Positions 28,136-42,200 of a DNA stretch of 64,000 nucleotides are shown piece after piece. A program made the translations under genes and the position numbers. Under the pieces are notes generated by a model. That model had not been told where the DNA came from. It did not search any database and was given only the letters and a program-made list of their open reading frames with translations. The DNA is from Phoronis australis (taxonomy: Eukaryota; Animalia; Phoronida). The stretch is taken from contig NMRA01000059.1 of the NCBI GenBank assembly GCA_002633005.1, positions 423,883-487,882 of the forward strand, in the 5' to 3' direction. How positions within the stretch are numbered: position 1 is the first letter of the stretch; each line of letters opens with the position of its first letter.

Positions 28136-28589
28136 TATATCTGCTTTGCACCAAGGCTATTTCCTGCAAAGATTCAAACAGGTGGAAACACAGTGCATTT
28201 TTGATCACGGGTACTGTACACAATGCACAGTCAAAAATTGATTGACAATCAATGACCTACAATTACAATTTACAAAAACCTCCACTCAAGATTAAATTGA
28301 TCAACACTAGGTATACTGGGGAGCCCAATGTTCGTCCGCCTAAGCATAAAACCGACTTGCTGTTGTACTCACCGAATTATTCCACTTCAAAGTTATGATC
28401 TGAATAGGATTCGATTTAACTCTCACAAATATACCGCATTCATCGATTCGGAAGTTTTCTTTAATTTGTGCCGAGTTATTTCAAATGTGCACTGCCTTCG
28501 GCAGCCATTTTATTNCTTCTGAAAACGCACAAAAAAGTGTATTAGTAAAATCTACTGATTTTTAAGTGGTTTTAAAAAACAATCGGTAA

Positions 28590-29420
28590 ACTCACCGATT
28601 TTTGTCTCATTACTTTGATACGTGTCTCTTCCGATAAGTTAGTACCTAACGTGCACACGAGCACTCCAAATTGGAACGCTAAGTCCCGCGTGGTTGCGCT
28701 GCACACGAAACAAGATGGCGGACGACCTTTGGAGCCTGACGACAATAGGTAACCGGACTATACGGCTCAACAACTTTCTAACTGTTGATTTTGTTCGTAT
28801 GTTTCAACTTACAACCCATTGAATCTGCCTCCGGACAAACTAAACAATGTGGCCACACTACATTGTTTGCCAAATCACCAAACGCTGTCTATCAATGTCA
28901 ATATATTTCTTTTTCCTGAGGTAGATTGCTTTGCGGGTAGACAGTGGAAGAGATCCGTCGTGTTTGGGTCACTTCGCCGTCACTTCCTTCAAGTGTCACA
29001 TGGGTTGCGCATGCGTTAAGGAAGTGTTTCTAAAAACGATATTTCATAAATATTTTGTTTCTCAGGAGTTGACACTCCATTTTTCACTTCCGTCAAGAAA
29101 TTAAAGACATTTTCTTGATTTTGTAATAGTTCTATTTGACAAAAACCGTGTAAAGCGTAATAAAACATTGACATTTTTAGTGTTGTGGCCGTAGGGATCA
29201 TTCGTTGAGGTACAATCTCGTGAACAAGTTGGCAAACGTATCTGAAATCAAAATGCAAAGTTGTCTGAAAATCGTCAGTGAAATAGAAAAATATTTTTTG
29301 AATATTTCGATATGTAACATTTTGTGAAAGATAACAACTTAACAAAAACTTGAAAGAATTTTAATGTACAAGCCCTCCCAAAACTACGCATGCGCATTGA
29401 TTAGTTGCCATATTGCGAGG
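28590..29420. promoter_or_regulatory. Probable bidirectional promoter shared by STIMATE (-) and SFMBT (+)
   Basis: YY1-like caagatggcgg at 28711-28721 overlaps the SFMBT ATG. NRF1-like tgcgcatgcg at 29006-29015 and cgcatgcgca at 29387-29396. Minus-strand donors (gtgag) at 28591-28595 and 28368-28372 suggest STIMATE 5'UTR exons. Confidence 0.6.
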
Positions 29421-32400
29421 TAAGTTGCGCTTTCAAAATACCGATAGATTGAACGTTTAAACTATTTTCCGCGGTCTATAATTTTTTATCATTAATAGAA
29501 ACACTTCAAGAATTATGTTACAGATTATCGTACATTGTTTTTTTACTTGAAAATGGTTGTAATAATGTAGAAATATGTGCTTAGAAGTTCCATATTATTT
29601 CGCAATGATTCGCTTGCGGCTCCGGAAAACTGTTTCAATTGAAGTAGAATAAATTTATTAAAACGCATTGTAACCGCTCCAAANGACATCTGGTACGGAT
29701 GGTTGCAAAAGTCCCAGACAATACAAACAACCCATAGTTGGCAAGAGCTGAAAATAAAACAAACGATACCCGTAGTGAAAAACCGACAAACTCTGGAAGT
29801 GACTATCACTTGATCATGTTTTTTTGTTGAACGCGCAGTTAGGTATTTATTGTGTGTTTGGTAACAACCAGATTCTGCTTCTGGAACTCAATATCCCAAG
29901 TAGGAGCAGACAATCGACACCCGTTGCCTGTGCGTATCTTGGGGGCCTTCTGACTTTTGTTAAAATGATTCCAACTTCCTTATATCGATTTCCTGTGGTA
30001 TTTTGATTACATGCTTGTATTTCCTGCTTGCATGTGTGGAAGCTTCGAGACTGTGATGACCCGCCATTTTTACCAGATTGTCGAATAAAATGTGAGATCG
30101 CATTGGCAACTTGCAGGTTACCAAACTGAGCCGTGAGTGAGAGAGTGGATTTGATCAAAAGTTTGTCTTTTTTGCCAGGAGTTGTGTTTACAGCTGCCTT
30201 AAACAGTTGATGTTTTAAAAACAGCGGTATTTCGTTATAGCAAATGTACTGAAACACAATTATTGCCAAGGTGAATTACTGTAAATGCTAGTCATGCTAC
30301 TGTATGGATAACATCGCTGTATTTACATGTATTTTAGAATGTTATTTGCATTACCAAACACTTTTGATTTTTAGTCGTACAAATAAAGTCAAGCTGTTCA
30401 CAAGAAAAGTACAGTATGCATGTAAAGTCCCGTCTATGTTCAACTCTCTTAAATGGGAACTTACCATGTCTTTACCTGTTAGCAGATATTATCAATACCT
30501 CTACTATGATCACTTTTAATTAGCGGTAATTTTTAAAAGTCTTTGAAACCAAACCAATGCCTTACTACCCCTGTCAACCCTTTACAGTTGGAATCAAGTT
30601 CAAAAACTCCTTTCAAACTCTACTTAGTGGACAAGCTGCAAGTTAGTTGACCTCCTCTGACAAGACCTATTGTGGTGCACAGTGAGGACATGTTTTATCC
30701 AGAAATATTTTAATCTCCCTGGGGGTTGTAAATTGCGCAATAACAGGAACCCAAAACAATTGTGGATGAAAATGGTATGAAACAGTTCAACATGTGTTTA
30801 AACATGGGATAATTGATTTTTTGTCCAGAGGGCTTCAGTCCTTACTTGGAACCACACCCTTAATTAGGAATCGTACTGATGAGTGGCTATTAAAAAATGA
30901 TTAAGGATTCATTGTTTCCTTTCATGTATCAGTGCTCTCCAGAGGCTATGGTTTTTGTATCATTTGATGTAATCGAGCTAGAAAACGCATCGAGTTTTCG
31001 AGTGCGTTACCAAGGACGCAATTATAGCAAGTTGTAAGAAGCTAAAGTAATAAATTATAAATAGATAATGAAAATTTTCCTTTTTGTTTCATTGATCTTT
31101 ATGGATAGCAAAGATTAGTGCAGTTGTCCACGAGCTCATTGATTGATGCAATCCTGAATAAAGGATGTGTCTGTCTCAAATTATATTAAAAATGTATCGA
31201 AATTTTGAAAAATGGAAGTTTATAATCTTGGCAATTAATTTTATACCAAAATTTAGAAAGATGTGCCCTATTCATCGTTATGCACCCGTGCTGTGGGAGG
31301 AGTATCCGACTTCACTGATAGGCTAGTTCGGATAGAATCGTGTCGTTATGAGTTTGAAAGCGATAGCAAGGGGGGAAAGCTGGCAAACCAATGTTTACGT
31401 AGTCCAGCTCTCTCATTGGCTGCGTTCATCTGATATGCTCTATTAATCCAGCAGTTATGTTGTATACAGCGCGCTTGACACAAACCAGTATTTAAAAATA
31501 CTATTTCCAAACGACATTCAACAAATGTCGGGAAGATGATGTGTTTCGTATGAACTGCTGTCATCAAAAAACTTTGAACGAAGAAAAACGGTTGACTTTC
31601 AGAGAAATTAGACTTGACTTTCACCTGCCGATTCCTTAGTGTGACTGTAAGCTCTGACCTACTTACTACCACAACATTGCGCACCAACACAACAGGCTTG
31701 TGAAGTTTAATGGAACGAGATGAGATTGTGGTGTTGGAAATTTCTTGGTTTTAACAGTCCAGAGGAATGGAACATAATGTTTTTCAACCCAACTTGATCT
31801 GCTCCTGTTCCGACATTTCACCGTCATTCCAGGGTATGTGACAGACATGTCTGGCGCATCGTTTAACCAACGAGTCAGCGACGGCCGTATGGCCAGTCGT
31901 AGTGACGGCGTTTTTCCTGCACACCAGATGTCACTGAAGACGCCTGATGCTCTAGGCACTGGTCAAGTGTATTCGCAAGTCAATCCTCAAGACTTGTCCG
32001 TGGCATCAAGCTATGCTAGTCTGGGTCAAGGGTCAAGTGCAACTGCCACTCCATTTGTTAATCCGCCAATGTCGGTTCACCAGCATCGTCACAATCCACC
32101 ACCAAGATACCAGAACCCAGGCTCCAGGTTTCAGCTGGCTTCAGTAGCAAATAAGAACGTCCTAAGGCCATTACAGTCATCGCACATACTCCCCAAGCAG
32201 TCAGTCCCTGGCACCATCTTTGTTCCTCACCAGCAGCTACCTCCTGCACTTCACAATGCATCTAATGCTACAGGGCTGACCAGTGGACAAGCGGCCCTCA
32301 GTAGGTGAGTTTCATTGACTGACCAGTCTTTCTGCCTCTAACAACTTAGGTTCAACACTTGAAAATTTGTACCTCATTGTTTTTTGTTGTCCAGCATCTA

Positions 32401-33266
32401 TTAGGAGTTAAAAGCTGCCAAGTCAACATCAAAGTTCTGTTTCGAAGTGGGTCGTCACAGTGGGACAATTAAAGCTGGTTTAGTGCGTGAAAATAGTGGG
32501 ATGTTCCTAGAAGTTTCGAATTTGCGTGGAACGTTGGCTTTTTTGTTTCAGTGTGAATCCAAGAATGAGGCTGAATGTTTTCTACATTGAATTATTCCTC
32601 TTGTAGATACTCTGCATTTCTGTGGTGAAATGAAAACTGATTGTTTATCATTAAATACAGCAAATAGATAGTATTTGTAGTACAGCATCTTTATCTAGTT
32701 GTAATTTTGTTAAGCGCCGGAGTATTGTCTTGTTTTTCTATTACTACGTTATTTCAAACTTGCCATTTATTAGATATTTAGTTTATTTGGTGTTTTTTCC
32801 CGTAATTCAAAAATCCAGTCTCTTGGGTTATCTTGCCCTGCTCTAACCTTTCTCAATGTTTCTCTTTCCTGCCAGCGGGGCAACTCCTGCCAGATGCCCA
32901 TTGCCGGCACACCAGCCATCATCCACTCCTCAGGGCATGTCATCATCTACAACAAACAGTCGACCACTGCAACACCCCCTGTTGGTGCCTAACTCACAGG
33001 CGCAGTCCACATTTGTTGTTACAGGTATGGATGCAGTACTGCAGTGCTCTATGGAGGGCCCTTTGGGACAAAATTTACATTCTAGTAAAAACGATTAATT
33101 TGGAGTGAGAGAAAAAAAGTTTGTTATCAGCTGATTATGTTTACAAATTCGTCTTATAGAAGAAAGCATCTAGCGTTGATGTTACCTTTACTGAAGAATG
33201 CAAATCCCTGGTTGCCTTAGGAAGTAAGAAAGTTTGAATGTGAATGTACGCACACACGCACGCACG

Positions 33267-33297
<31 letters not shown>

Positions 33298-36200
33298 AGA
33301 TACATCACTTTCCTTTTGTTGCCAAGGTCAAGAAAATCAGATATTTACACTCAGCCACAAAGAAACGTTTACTTTCCACTGTAGGTTTCTGTCAGTAGTA
33401 AGAGAGACATAAGCCAGTCTAGCCTTCAAAAATAAGTGAAAGTAGTTTTGTTTCACATACAGGTCTGTAGTTGACATGCCTGGTAGTAGAAATTAAAGGT
33501 GCTATGAACCAGCGTTCCATTAAAGAAGCTAGGTCATAAGTTAGACTACTTACCACAATAAAACTAGTCTCTACACGTTCTTCACTCAGATCAGGTGTCT
33601 GAGCTTCAATAACTGACAGTTTGTTATCCCAGAATCTTTCACCAATTTGAGGAAGGAACACGCTGACAGAAATTTCGTATCTGCTAGTTGTCTCTCAAAG
33701 GTTTTTTGACCGAAGGCAGATTTGATTTAAATTATTCTCTAATAAGTGAATTACAGCATTGATACTGGCAGCAAATCTAAATCTATTTTTGGACTGACTT
33801 AAGTTATAGTGTCAATTAATTGTGCACTTTGAAGCTAGAATTCCAAAACCAGGCTGAGGTCAGTTAATGCAAGAATCTTGTCAAGGAAGCTAGTGTGATC
33901 ATTTGCTTCGCTTGCATTGCATGGCAATATTTTGTGAAGTCTTGCATGATCTAGCGTTTTCGCGAGGTTCTTGCATCTACACAATGCACGTCAGGTGTTC
34001 TGTCATTTACACCACATGCTTATTTTTGCAGGTAACCAGATGATTGGTCAACCCATTGTGGCTACCTCTGGTACAGTGTTTGTCGCCGTCCCTACCACAA
34101 CACTAGTCACTCGGCCGACAAATCACACTGGCTCCAGTGCGTCAACTGCAACGTCTCCTGTTCATCCACATGCCGTCATGATACCCCAGCAAGTGGTCCG
34201 CCTGTCGCCAAGGGGCACCACTCGCCCTGCCCAGCTCACATTTGTTCAGCGGGGCCAGTCGACAGCTGTCCGTCAAAGACTAGCCCCACCCATGTTGCGG
34301 GCTCAGATCATGCCCGCACGTCAACCCCCGCCCGCCCATAACCAGCCTGCTTCCTTGCCAAGCTTCGCTATGATTCAGTTAGCTAATCCCTCGTCGGCAA
34401 GGTATGCCGTACCGCTGAAAATTGTACCCACCACAAGCGTCCAGCAGGTGGGGTCAGTGTACTCGGCCCCACTTGAGCCCAAACCCACTGAGCCAATCTC
34501 TATGTCGGCAGCACCAAGTATACTGCCGAGCTTAACCACTACTAGTAGCTCGGCCAGGACCGGTCTAAATAACCCTGTCATGGCACTGGTCACGCAACGT
34601 GAGGCAGCTCATAAGCAGGCTATTGGTCTTAATACTGCGCCCCACGTTCAGAGTGCATTGAACACGCAGACAGGCACTCTCTATAGTCACAGTGCACTAA
34701 GCACTCAAACTGGTGTACCCTACAGTCATAATTCATCGAACACTCAAACAGGTGTACCTTACAGTCAGAGTGTATCGAGTGCTCAGACAGCCATTTCCTA
34801 CAGTCTCAGTGCCCCAAGCTCTCAGACAGGCTCTCCATCCTTCCATGGTGCAGTGAATGCTCAGACAAGCACACCCTATAGCTATAGTGCTTCAAGCACT
34901 CAAACAGGCATGTCCTACAGCCATAATGCATTGAGCACTCAAACAGGCATACCCTACAATCATAATGCATCGAGTGCTCAGACAGCAGTTTCCTACAGTG
35001 GTTCAAGTACTGAAGTAGGCACTCCGCTCTTCCATGGTGCATCAAGCACTCAGTCAGACACACCCTACAGTCTTAATGCATCAAGCACTCAGTCAGACAC
35101 ACCTTACAGTCTTAGTGCAATGAGTACTCAGCCAGGTTCTCCTAATGGCCACAGTGCATTGAGCACTCAGACAGCCACATCCTACAGCCATGCTGCGTCG
35201 AACACTCACACAGACATTGTTGAAAATCGACCTGAGCGTAGTACCTTAGACTCCATAATTCATGAAGGGGCATTGGGCAGACAGGCGGCGCCCCCTTCAG
35301 GTCCAGGCAGCATGGTGGGTAATGAACAGGACATTGGTCTCATGGCAGTTGCTCATACCAAGGGTGAGCCAAGTTTAACTTCAGGTACGTTGATTAGCTT
35401 AATGACACATGTCTAGTTAAGTAAGATACCAATTTATAAGATATTTAAGTAACTTTGTTTCAGGGTACTGGCCGGATTTTTTTATTGTACTCGTTAACCC
35501 TAATAAGTTTTAGTTGTCGAGCCATCCAGGAAGTGCATACTGTTGTTACTTGAACCTGGTCTGCTGCAGTGTATTTGCCTAATTCCTAGATTCTCGGAGA
35601 CGTCTTGTCTCCTTTGATATGATGATGTTGTTGAGTACTACTAGTGGCAGGTACTCCGGTTCTGTGGGATCTCCTCTGTCTGGTGATATTGCCCACTTTC
35701 TCATTCCATGCACATGCTATAAACATTCCCACTAAATAAGATTGGCCCAAACCCCGCCTATCAGGGTAAACGGTGGGGTTTGGCAGATTGAACTAGACCG
35801 TATTTATCCACCTTGGCTGAGTCGCGCTCGGCTCACGATCAAAGGGATGCTGCTCTATTCATCGAGTCATGAGCGAGGATAATTGGCTTCGCTCCTGCGG
35901 ATATGATCAGCTGCTTACAATCTAGCCTAGCAGACTGTACTTTTTTACGTAGTTTTTACTGTAATATTTAAAAAGAGGAGCGAAAAATATGAGTACAACT
36001 TTGAATTTTTCAAATCGGCCCAGGATAAGAGATTTTGCAACACAGCAACACTCACGATTACTTTCATTCGGCGCGCTCTAATACAAAAATATAGGACCCA
36101 AGTTATTTAGGTTTTGGAACTCATGCATTGCAATATTCAAAATACGTTTATTATGAAAGTTACAAGCTGTAAAATGACGTTGTTTAATTTCATTGTGCTC

Positions 36201-39200
36201 ATTCATTGTCACCCGTCAAATCGGAAATTTCCAAGATGTGATCTGCAGGGTGCGCGTATGTGTACAAAACACGTGATTGTTGTGTTCCTGAAGTACGAAC
36301 ATTAAGAAACTTTACCATGCCGTTATATTATTGACAGGGACACGATAAAACGAATTTGGATTTTGGCTATAGTCTTGATACAGCGAGCTGGCTGACCACT
36401 GGACTATTAATATTTTACTCCACGGTAGAGCTAACGACCGTCGGCCTGTGCACACAAAACTTGTGAGTTTACCGGCACTCACCTTGCACGTTGCAGCCGT
36501 TTAAGTGAAAACAATCTAGTAAACGCCATTTTCTTGCATAATCCTCTGCCTTTTGTAACAAAACAGTCTGTCATCGATGACCGCACACGCACTCATTCTC
36601 ATACGCAGACAAACTTCAAAACAAACGTCACGTGACAACAACGTGTGTTCATCCAAAGATTTTTCTCGTGTTGTGGGGTACGGTGTAGCGCAGATTTGGA
36701 CTTAATCACAATTAATCTGGACTCCACATGAACTTTGAAAATTGTAAAACATAAGGAAGATTTCAGGTAATTTTGTTGAATCGAAACTATATTTTTATTC
36801 ATGAATTCAAGTTTTCCTATTGACGATCGCGATTCAGCGAAGTATCACTCAGCAAGTTTTCTCCCTGGGATTTCACCACAATTTTTTGAAAAATGATTGT
36901 AATGTAACAACGGAAGTTGATAGCAATGCACCACAATTTTCTAGAAAGACTGTCATAGGCTACAAATACGTCACAGAGCGTAAATTTGATGAATCCTAGC
37001 TTCCGATTTTACCCGATTCGGAAACCGGGTTTCAACTGCCTTTGGCTACAATAAATGTCCCCTCCCCATGAAATGAATTTTTCTAAGGGTTTATTAGAGC
37101 CAATACAGTATACAGCTTTCCACCAAGGCTAGGTGATGCTAAGACATTATTCTTTGTTGCATTAGTTAACTGGTCTTGGCTAATTATCATTTTATGGCCT
37201 GGTCATCCATTCAGCCAAAAGTAGTTCCAGAGGTGGCTTGTCAGCCAATAATTCATGCATGCTGACTCTCAATAGAAGCCTGATAAGAGTGAAGGTGGAT
37301 AAATGCAGTGTTCTTACAGTTTCTTGTGGTAGTGGATGTGTTCACGACATGCAGATGACAATTTGAATTTGGTGGCGCCAAGTTTTTTGAGAGAAAGTTT
37401 CAGGGTTTGGTTGTCGATAGCCTCTTGCACCCCTCTGTTAACCCTGTTGTATTTCAAAATGTTGATCTTCAGTGAGGAGGCTTTTGGTTAGAGGGTATTC
37501 ACCAAAGTGGTACCCATCTTTAAAGTGATGTTACAACTCGATATTTTCTTCAGTGTCATGTCGTGAACACATCCACTAAAACAAGAAACTGTAGGAACAC
37601 GGCATTTATCCACCTTCACTCTTATCAGGCTTCTATTGTGAGTCAGCATGCGCGAATAATTGGCTGATAAGCCACCTCTGGAACTACTTTGGGCTGAATG
37701 GATGACCAGGCCATAAAATGATAATTAGCCAAGACCAGTTACTATAATGCAACAAAGAATAATGTCTTGCATCACCTAGCTTTGGTGGAAAGCTGTATAC
37801 TGTATTGGCTCAAACAAACGCTTAGAAAAATTCATTTCACGGGGAGGGGACGCTTATTGTAGTGAGCCTACGGCAGTTGAAACCCGGTTTCCCAAACGGG
37901 TAAAATCGGAAGCTAGGATTCATCAAATTTANNNNNNNNNNNNNNNNNNNNNNNNNNNNNNNNNNNNNNNNNNNNNNNNNNNNNNNNNNNNNNNNNNNNN
38001 NNNNNNNNNNNNNNNNNNNNNNNNNNNNNNNNNNNNNNNNNNNNNNNNNNNNNNNNNNNNNNNNNNNNNNNNNNNNNNNNNNNNNNNNNNNNNNNNNNNN
38101 NNNNNNNNNNNNNNNNNNNNNNNNNNNNNNNNNNNNNNNNNNNNNNNNNNNNNNNNNNNNNNNNNNNNNNNNNNNNNNNNNNNNNNNNNNNNNNNNNNNN
38201 NNNNNNNNNNNNNNNNNNNNNNNNNNNNNNNNNNNNNNNNNNNNNNNNNNNNNNNNNNNNNNNNNNNNNNNNNNNNNNNNNNNNNNNNNNNNNNNNNNNN
38301 NNNNNNNNNNNNNNNNNNNNNNNNNNNNNNNNNNNNNNNNNNNNNNNNNNNNNNNNNNNNNNNNNNNNNNNNNNNNNNNNNNNNNNNNNNNNNNNNNNNN
38401 NNNNNNNNNNNNNNNNNNNNNNNNNNNNNNNNNNNNNNNNNNNNNNNNNNNNNNNNNNNNNNNNNNNNNNNNNNNNNNNNNNNNNNNNNNNNNNNNNNNN
38501 NNNNNNNNNNNNNNNNNNNNNNNNNNNNNNNNNNNNNNNNNNNNNNNNNNNNNNNNNNNNNNNNNNNNNNNNNNNNNNNNNNNNNNNNNNNNNNNNNNNN
38601 NNNNNNNNNNNNNNNNNNNNNNNNNNNNNNNNNNNNNNNNNNNNNNNNNNNNNNNNNNNNNNNNNNNNNNNNNNNNNNNNNNNNNNNNNNNNNNNNNNNN
38701 NNNNNNNNNNNNNNNNNNNNNNNNNNNNNNNNNNNNNNNNNNNNNNNNNNNNNNNNNNNNNNNNNNNNNNNNNNNNNNNNNNNNNNNNNNNNNNNNNNNN
38801 NNNNNNNNNNNNNNNNNNNNNNNNNNNNNNNNNNNNNNNNNNNNNNNNNNNNNNNNNNNNNNNNNNNTCCCTGTCAATAATAACGGCATGTTAAAGCCTT
38901 CTTAATTTTCGTACTTCAGGAACATAACAATCACGTGTTTTGTACACATACGCGCACGCCGCAGATCACATCTCGGAAATTGCCGATTTGACGGATGACA
39001 ATGAATGAACACAATGAAATTAACAACGTCGTTTTACAGCTTGTAAGATTCATAATAAACGTATTTTGAATATTGCAATGCATGTGTTCCAAAATCTAAA
39101 TAACTTGGGTCCTATATTTTTGTATTAGTGCGCGCCGAATGAAAGTAATCGTGAGTGTTGCTGTGTTGCAAAATCTCTTATCCTGGGCCGATTTGAAAAA

Positions 39201-42200
39201 TTCAAAGTTGTACTCATATTTGTTTTCGCTCCTCTTTTCAAATATTACAGTGAAAACTACGTAAAACTCTCCATAAAAAGTACAGTCTGCTAGCTAGATT
39301 GTAATCAGCTGATCATATCCGCATGAGCGAAGCCAATTATCCTTGCTCGTGACTCGATGACTAGAGCAGCTTGGCGGCATCCCTTTGAGCATGAGCCGAG
39401 CGCGTCTCAGCCAAGGTGGATAAATACGGTCTACTTCAATTTTCCATGCCCCACCGTTTACCTTAATCACTGGGGTTAGGACCAGTCTTATTTAGTGGGA
39501 ATGTTCACAGCATGTGAAAAAGTGACGTCTTTCATTTTGTAGATGAGACTGACGTGAAGGAACCAGTTTTTGTGTGGGATGAGTATCTGGAGGAAACTGG
39601 GTCAGTTGCAGCGCCACCTACCTCATTTAAGCATGTGAGTCTTTGTATGTCCTAAACAATATACAGTAATTCTCATCTTACTTCGTACAAAAAAATATTG
39701 TCCGAACGGTCGTTTTCCATTTTTCGAAGGGTTATTACCTTATTGCGAATAGTTGGAATTTCAGCGAATGCTGTTTTATGACATCTACACACTACAATCC
39801 TTGTTTGTAATAAACCAAAATGTTTTAAATCTTCACTTTTGAGGGGAAATTTAAGAAAATAGAATTTCACATGCCGGCCATGTTGTGTGCTAAATAAGTG
39901 AAGAATTTTTTGTTTGTCTGTAAGTGAACTAGTGCTTCTGCCTACGTTTAGGTTATTATAGAGACGATGACACCTTTCCATTTTTTATAGATTTCATGTA
40001 TTGTGCGTCTCCGTGAGCCATTTTTATTATTTTCAATTTTTTTGGCATCTGTCTGTCTATCTGACAAGCCACTCTAAGGATCATGAAAACTGGAATATGT
40101 GTTCCTACTTGGAAAGGCACAACGGATGATTTTTGGACAACTGCCACTCCTGTGGCATGTCCTAATGACTGTATCTCCTAAACACCTTGCAGAATCTTTG
40201 TTAAATTTGACCAGTGTCTTTCTAGGAATTTGTCAACAGAGGACGCCGACTTCCAGACGAATCCGATTAGAGGCTATTATTGAGTTTACCAACATGGCAA
40301 ATGTTAAAATTATAGTGATTATCTCTTGTATGTCGGGTATATGCGATGCACATGGTGGGTGCTTATTAACGCTTTGTGTTACTCTTGTTGCTGTTGATGT
40401 CATGATGGTAAATGACATTTCATCTGCTGTCATGGACTGTATGGTTTAAGTTCTTACTGAACAGCATGTGGACCTCTATCCAAACATTCTGACCTTATAG
40501 TAATGATCAATTGAGTGGATTCCTTTTTGTGTCAGGTGGAGACGAGCTTAAAGAATGGATTCACCAAGGGCATGAAACTGGAAGTGCCAAACAAGTGCCG
40601 GCCTGACACCTATTGGATAGCCACGGTGATGATGTCATGTGGTCCACTACTACGGTTACGCTACGATGGTTACGGAGATGACAATAATGACGACTTCTGG
40701 TGCGATGTGCAGACATCGGACATCCACAAGATTGGTTGGTGTGGCCTCAATGGGAAGATACTACAGCCCCCGGAATGTAGGTTTTGTGTAAACCTAATTG
40801 TGTTCTGGTGTGTGGGAGGGTCACTTGTGTCTAAGTGGAATGATACTGTTTGATTTACACGAGCTGCACTCCATGTCCTAATTTCCTGAAATTGTCTCAT
40901 TTCTTCTGAAAAATAACTCTCGAAAATGTTTGGAAATCGAAGTTCAGTATTAATAGTAACTCGTCACTTGTTTAGCACGCAATATGGCTGACCAATGGAA
41001 TTCTACTACCGTATTCGCTGTAATAACCGTCCAGGGCACTTAGAAAAGTTTGGTTCAGGGGGGGGCGCTTATTATAACCCAAGGCGGTTGAAACCTGGTC
41101 TCCGAAACGGGTGAAATCGGAAGCTAAGATTCATCAAATTTACGCTCTGTGACGTATATGTAATCTGTGAAAGACTTTCAACAAAACTGTGGTGCATTGC
41201 TATCAAACTTTGCTGCTAAATTTCGATCATGTTACAGAAAATTGTGCTGAAATCCCAGGGCGAAAACTCGCCGACTGAGTGCCTCGAAATCGCCGTCTTT
41301 GATATGGCGACTTCAATGCTTGAATAAATTTTTTTTCGACTCAAGCAAATTACCTGAAATCCTCATTAAGTTTTATAAGTAGCGTCTCCAAGATTTTTTA
41401 AGTTCCCGTGGAGTCTGGATTAACGGCAGGTTTAAGTACAAATCTGTGCAACATCGTGCCATCTACATGTATGATCGGCAACACGGCGAGAAAAATGTCT
41501 GGACGAACACACATGTTGTTGTCGCGTGACGTTTGTTTTGAAGTTCGTCTGCGAGTAAGCGAGCGCGTGCGTGTCACCAGAGTTAATTTGCCAAAGCAGA
41601 TACCGTCTTTTGGCCAGAGCCACGCAATCTAACTAGCTAGATGTGTCTAAAGAAATTTGCACAAGCAGTAGGCTTAAACCAGAGCGTGTTTCATTCAGCA
41701 CTTGCCGGTCTCGTGCTAAAAACTTTCGACATTTGTCCCGGTAAGGCCCATATTAGTCGCCGTGTAGATGGATGCGTACGTAACTATCTGACAGTTATTT
41801 TTCGGTGTAAGGGTGTGCAAGCATTCACTGTCAGTTGTTATTTTATCGGATATTCGGCTTAAAAACACCAATTATGGTTAGTCAAACAATCCATCTCAAA
41901 AATAACGCAAACATGTTTTACAGTATTAGAAATTGTTGGAAATTAGTGCCAATATTCATTTCTTGTCGATGCTATGCTACCCGTTTCATGAATGGATAGT
42001 TCCCGACTAATGTCTTTGATGACAGGTTCATGGATGTAGCGCGCGCTTCCTGGCCACGTGCGTTTAGCACCGAGTTATTTTCATTCATGAGACAGTCGAT
42101 GTGTCTACTGAAAGGTCAGACCATAGTAGGACGCAGTCTTCGCGAGAGCGTATCAACGCTGTTGTGTTCTTTTTGAAGCACTGCGTTACTTTGAAGTGTA

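Noticed and set aside
34640-35215. Same 39-nt period in the SFMBT repeat and in the 9.7-10.6 kb repeat
   Set aside because: The units show no evident sequence similarity on either strand; treated as coincidence.
37837-38889. 350-aa ORF
   Set aside because: Artefact of an N gap.
41408-41632. 74-aa ORF conserved at 62081-62305
   Set aside because: Conservation simply reflects two recent copies of a non-coding MITE; non-ATG start and no domain.
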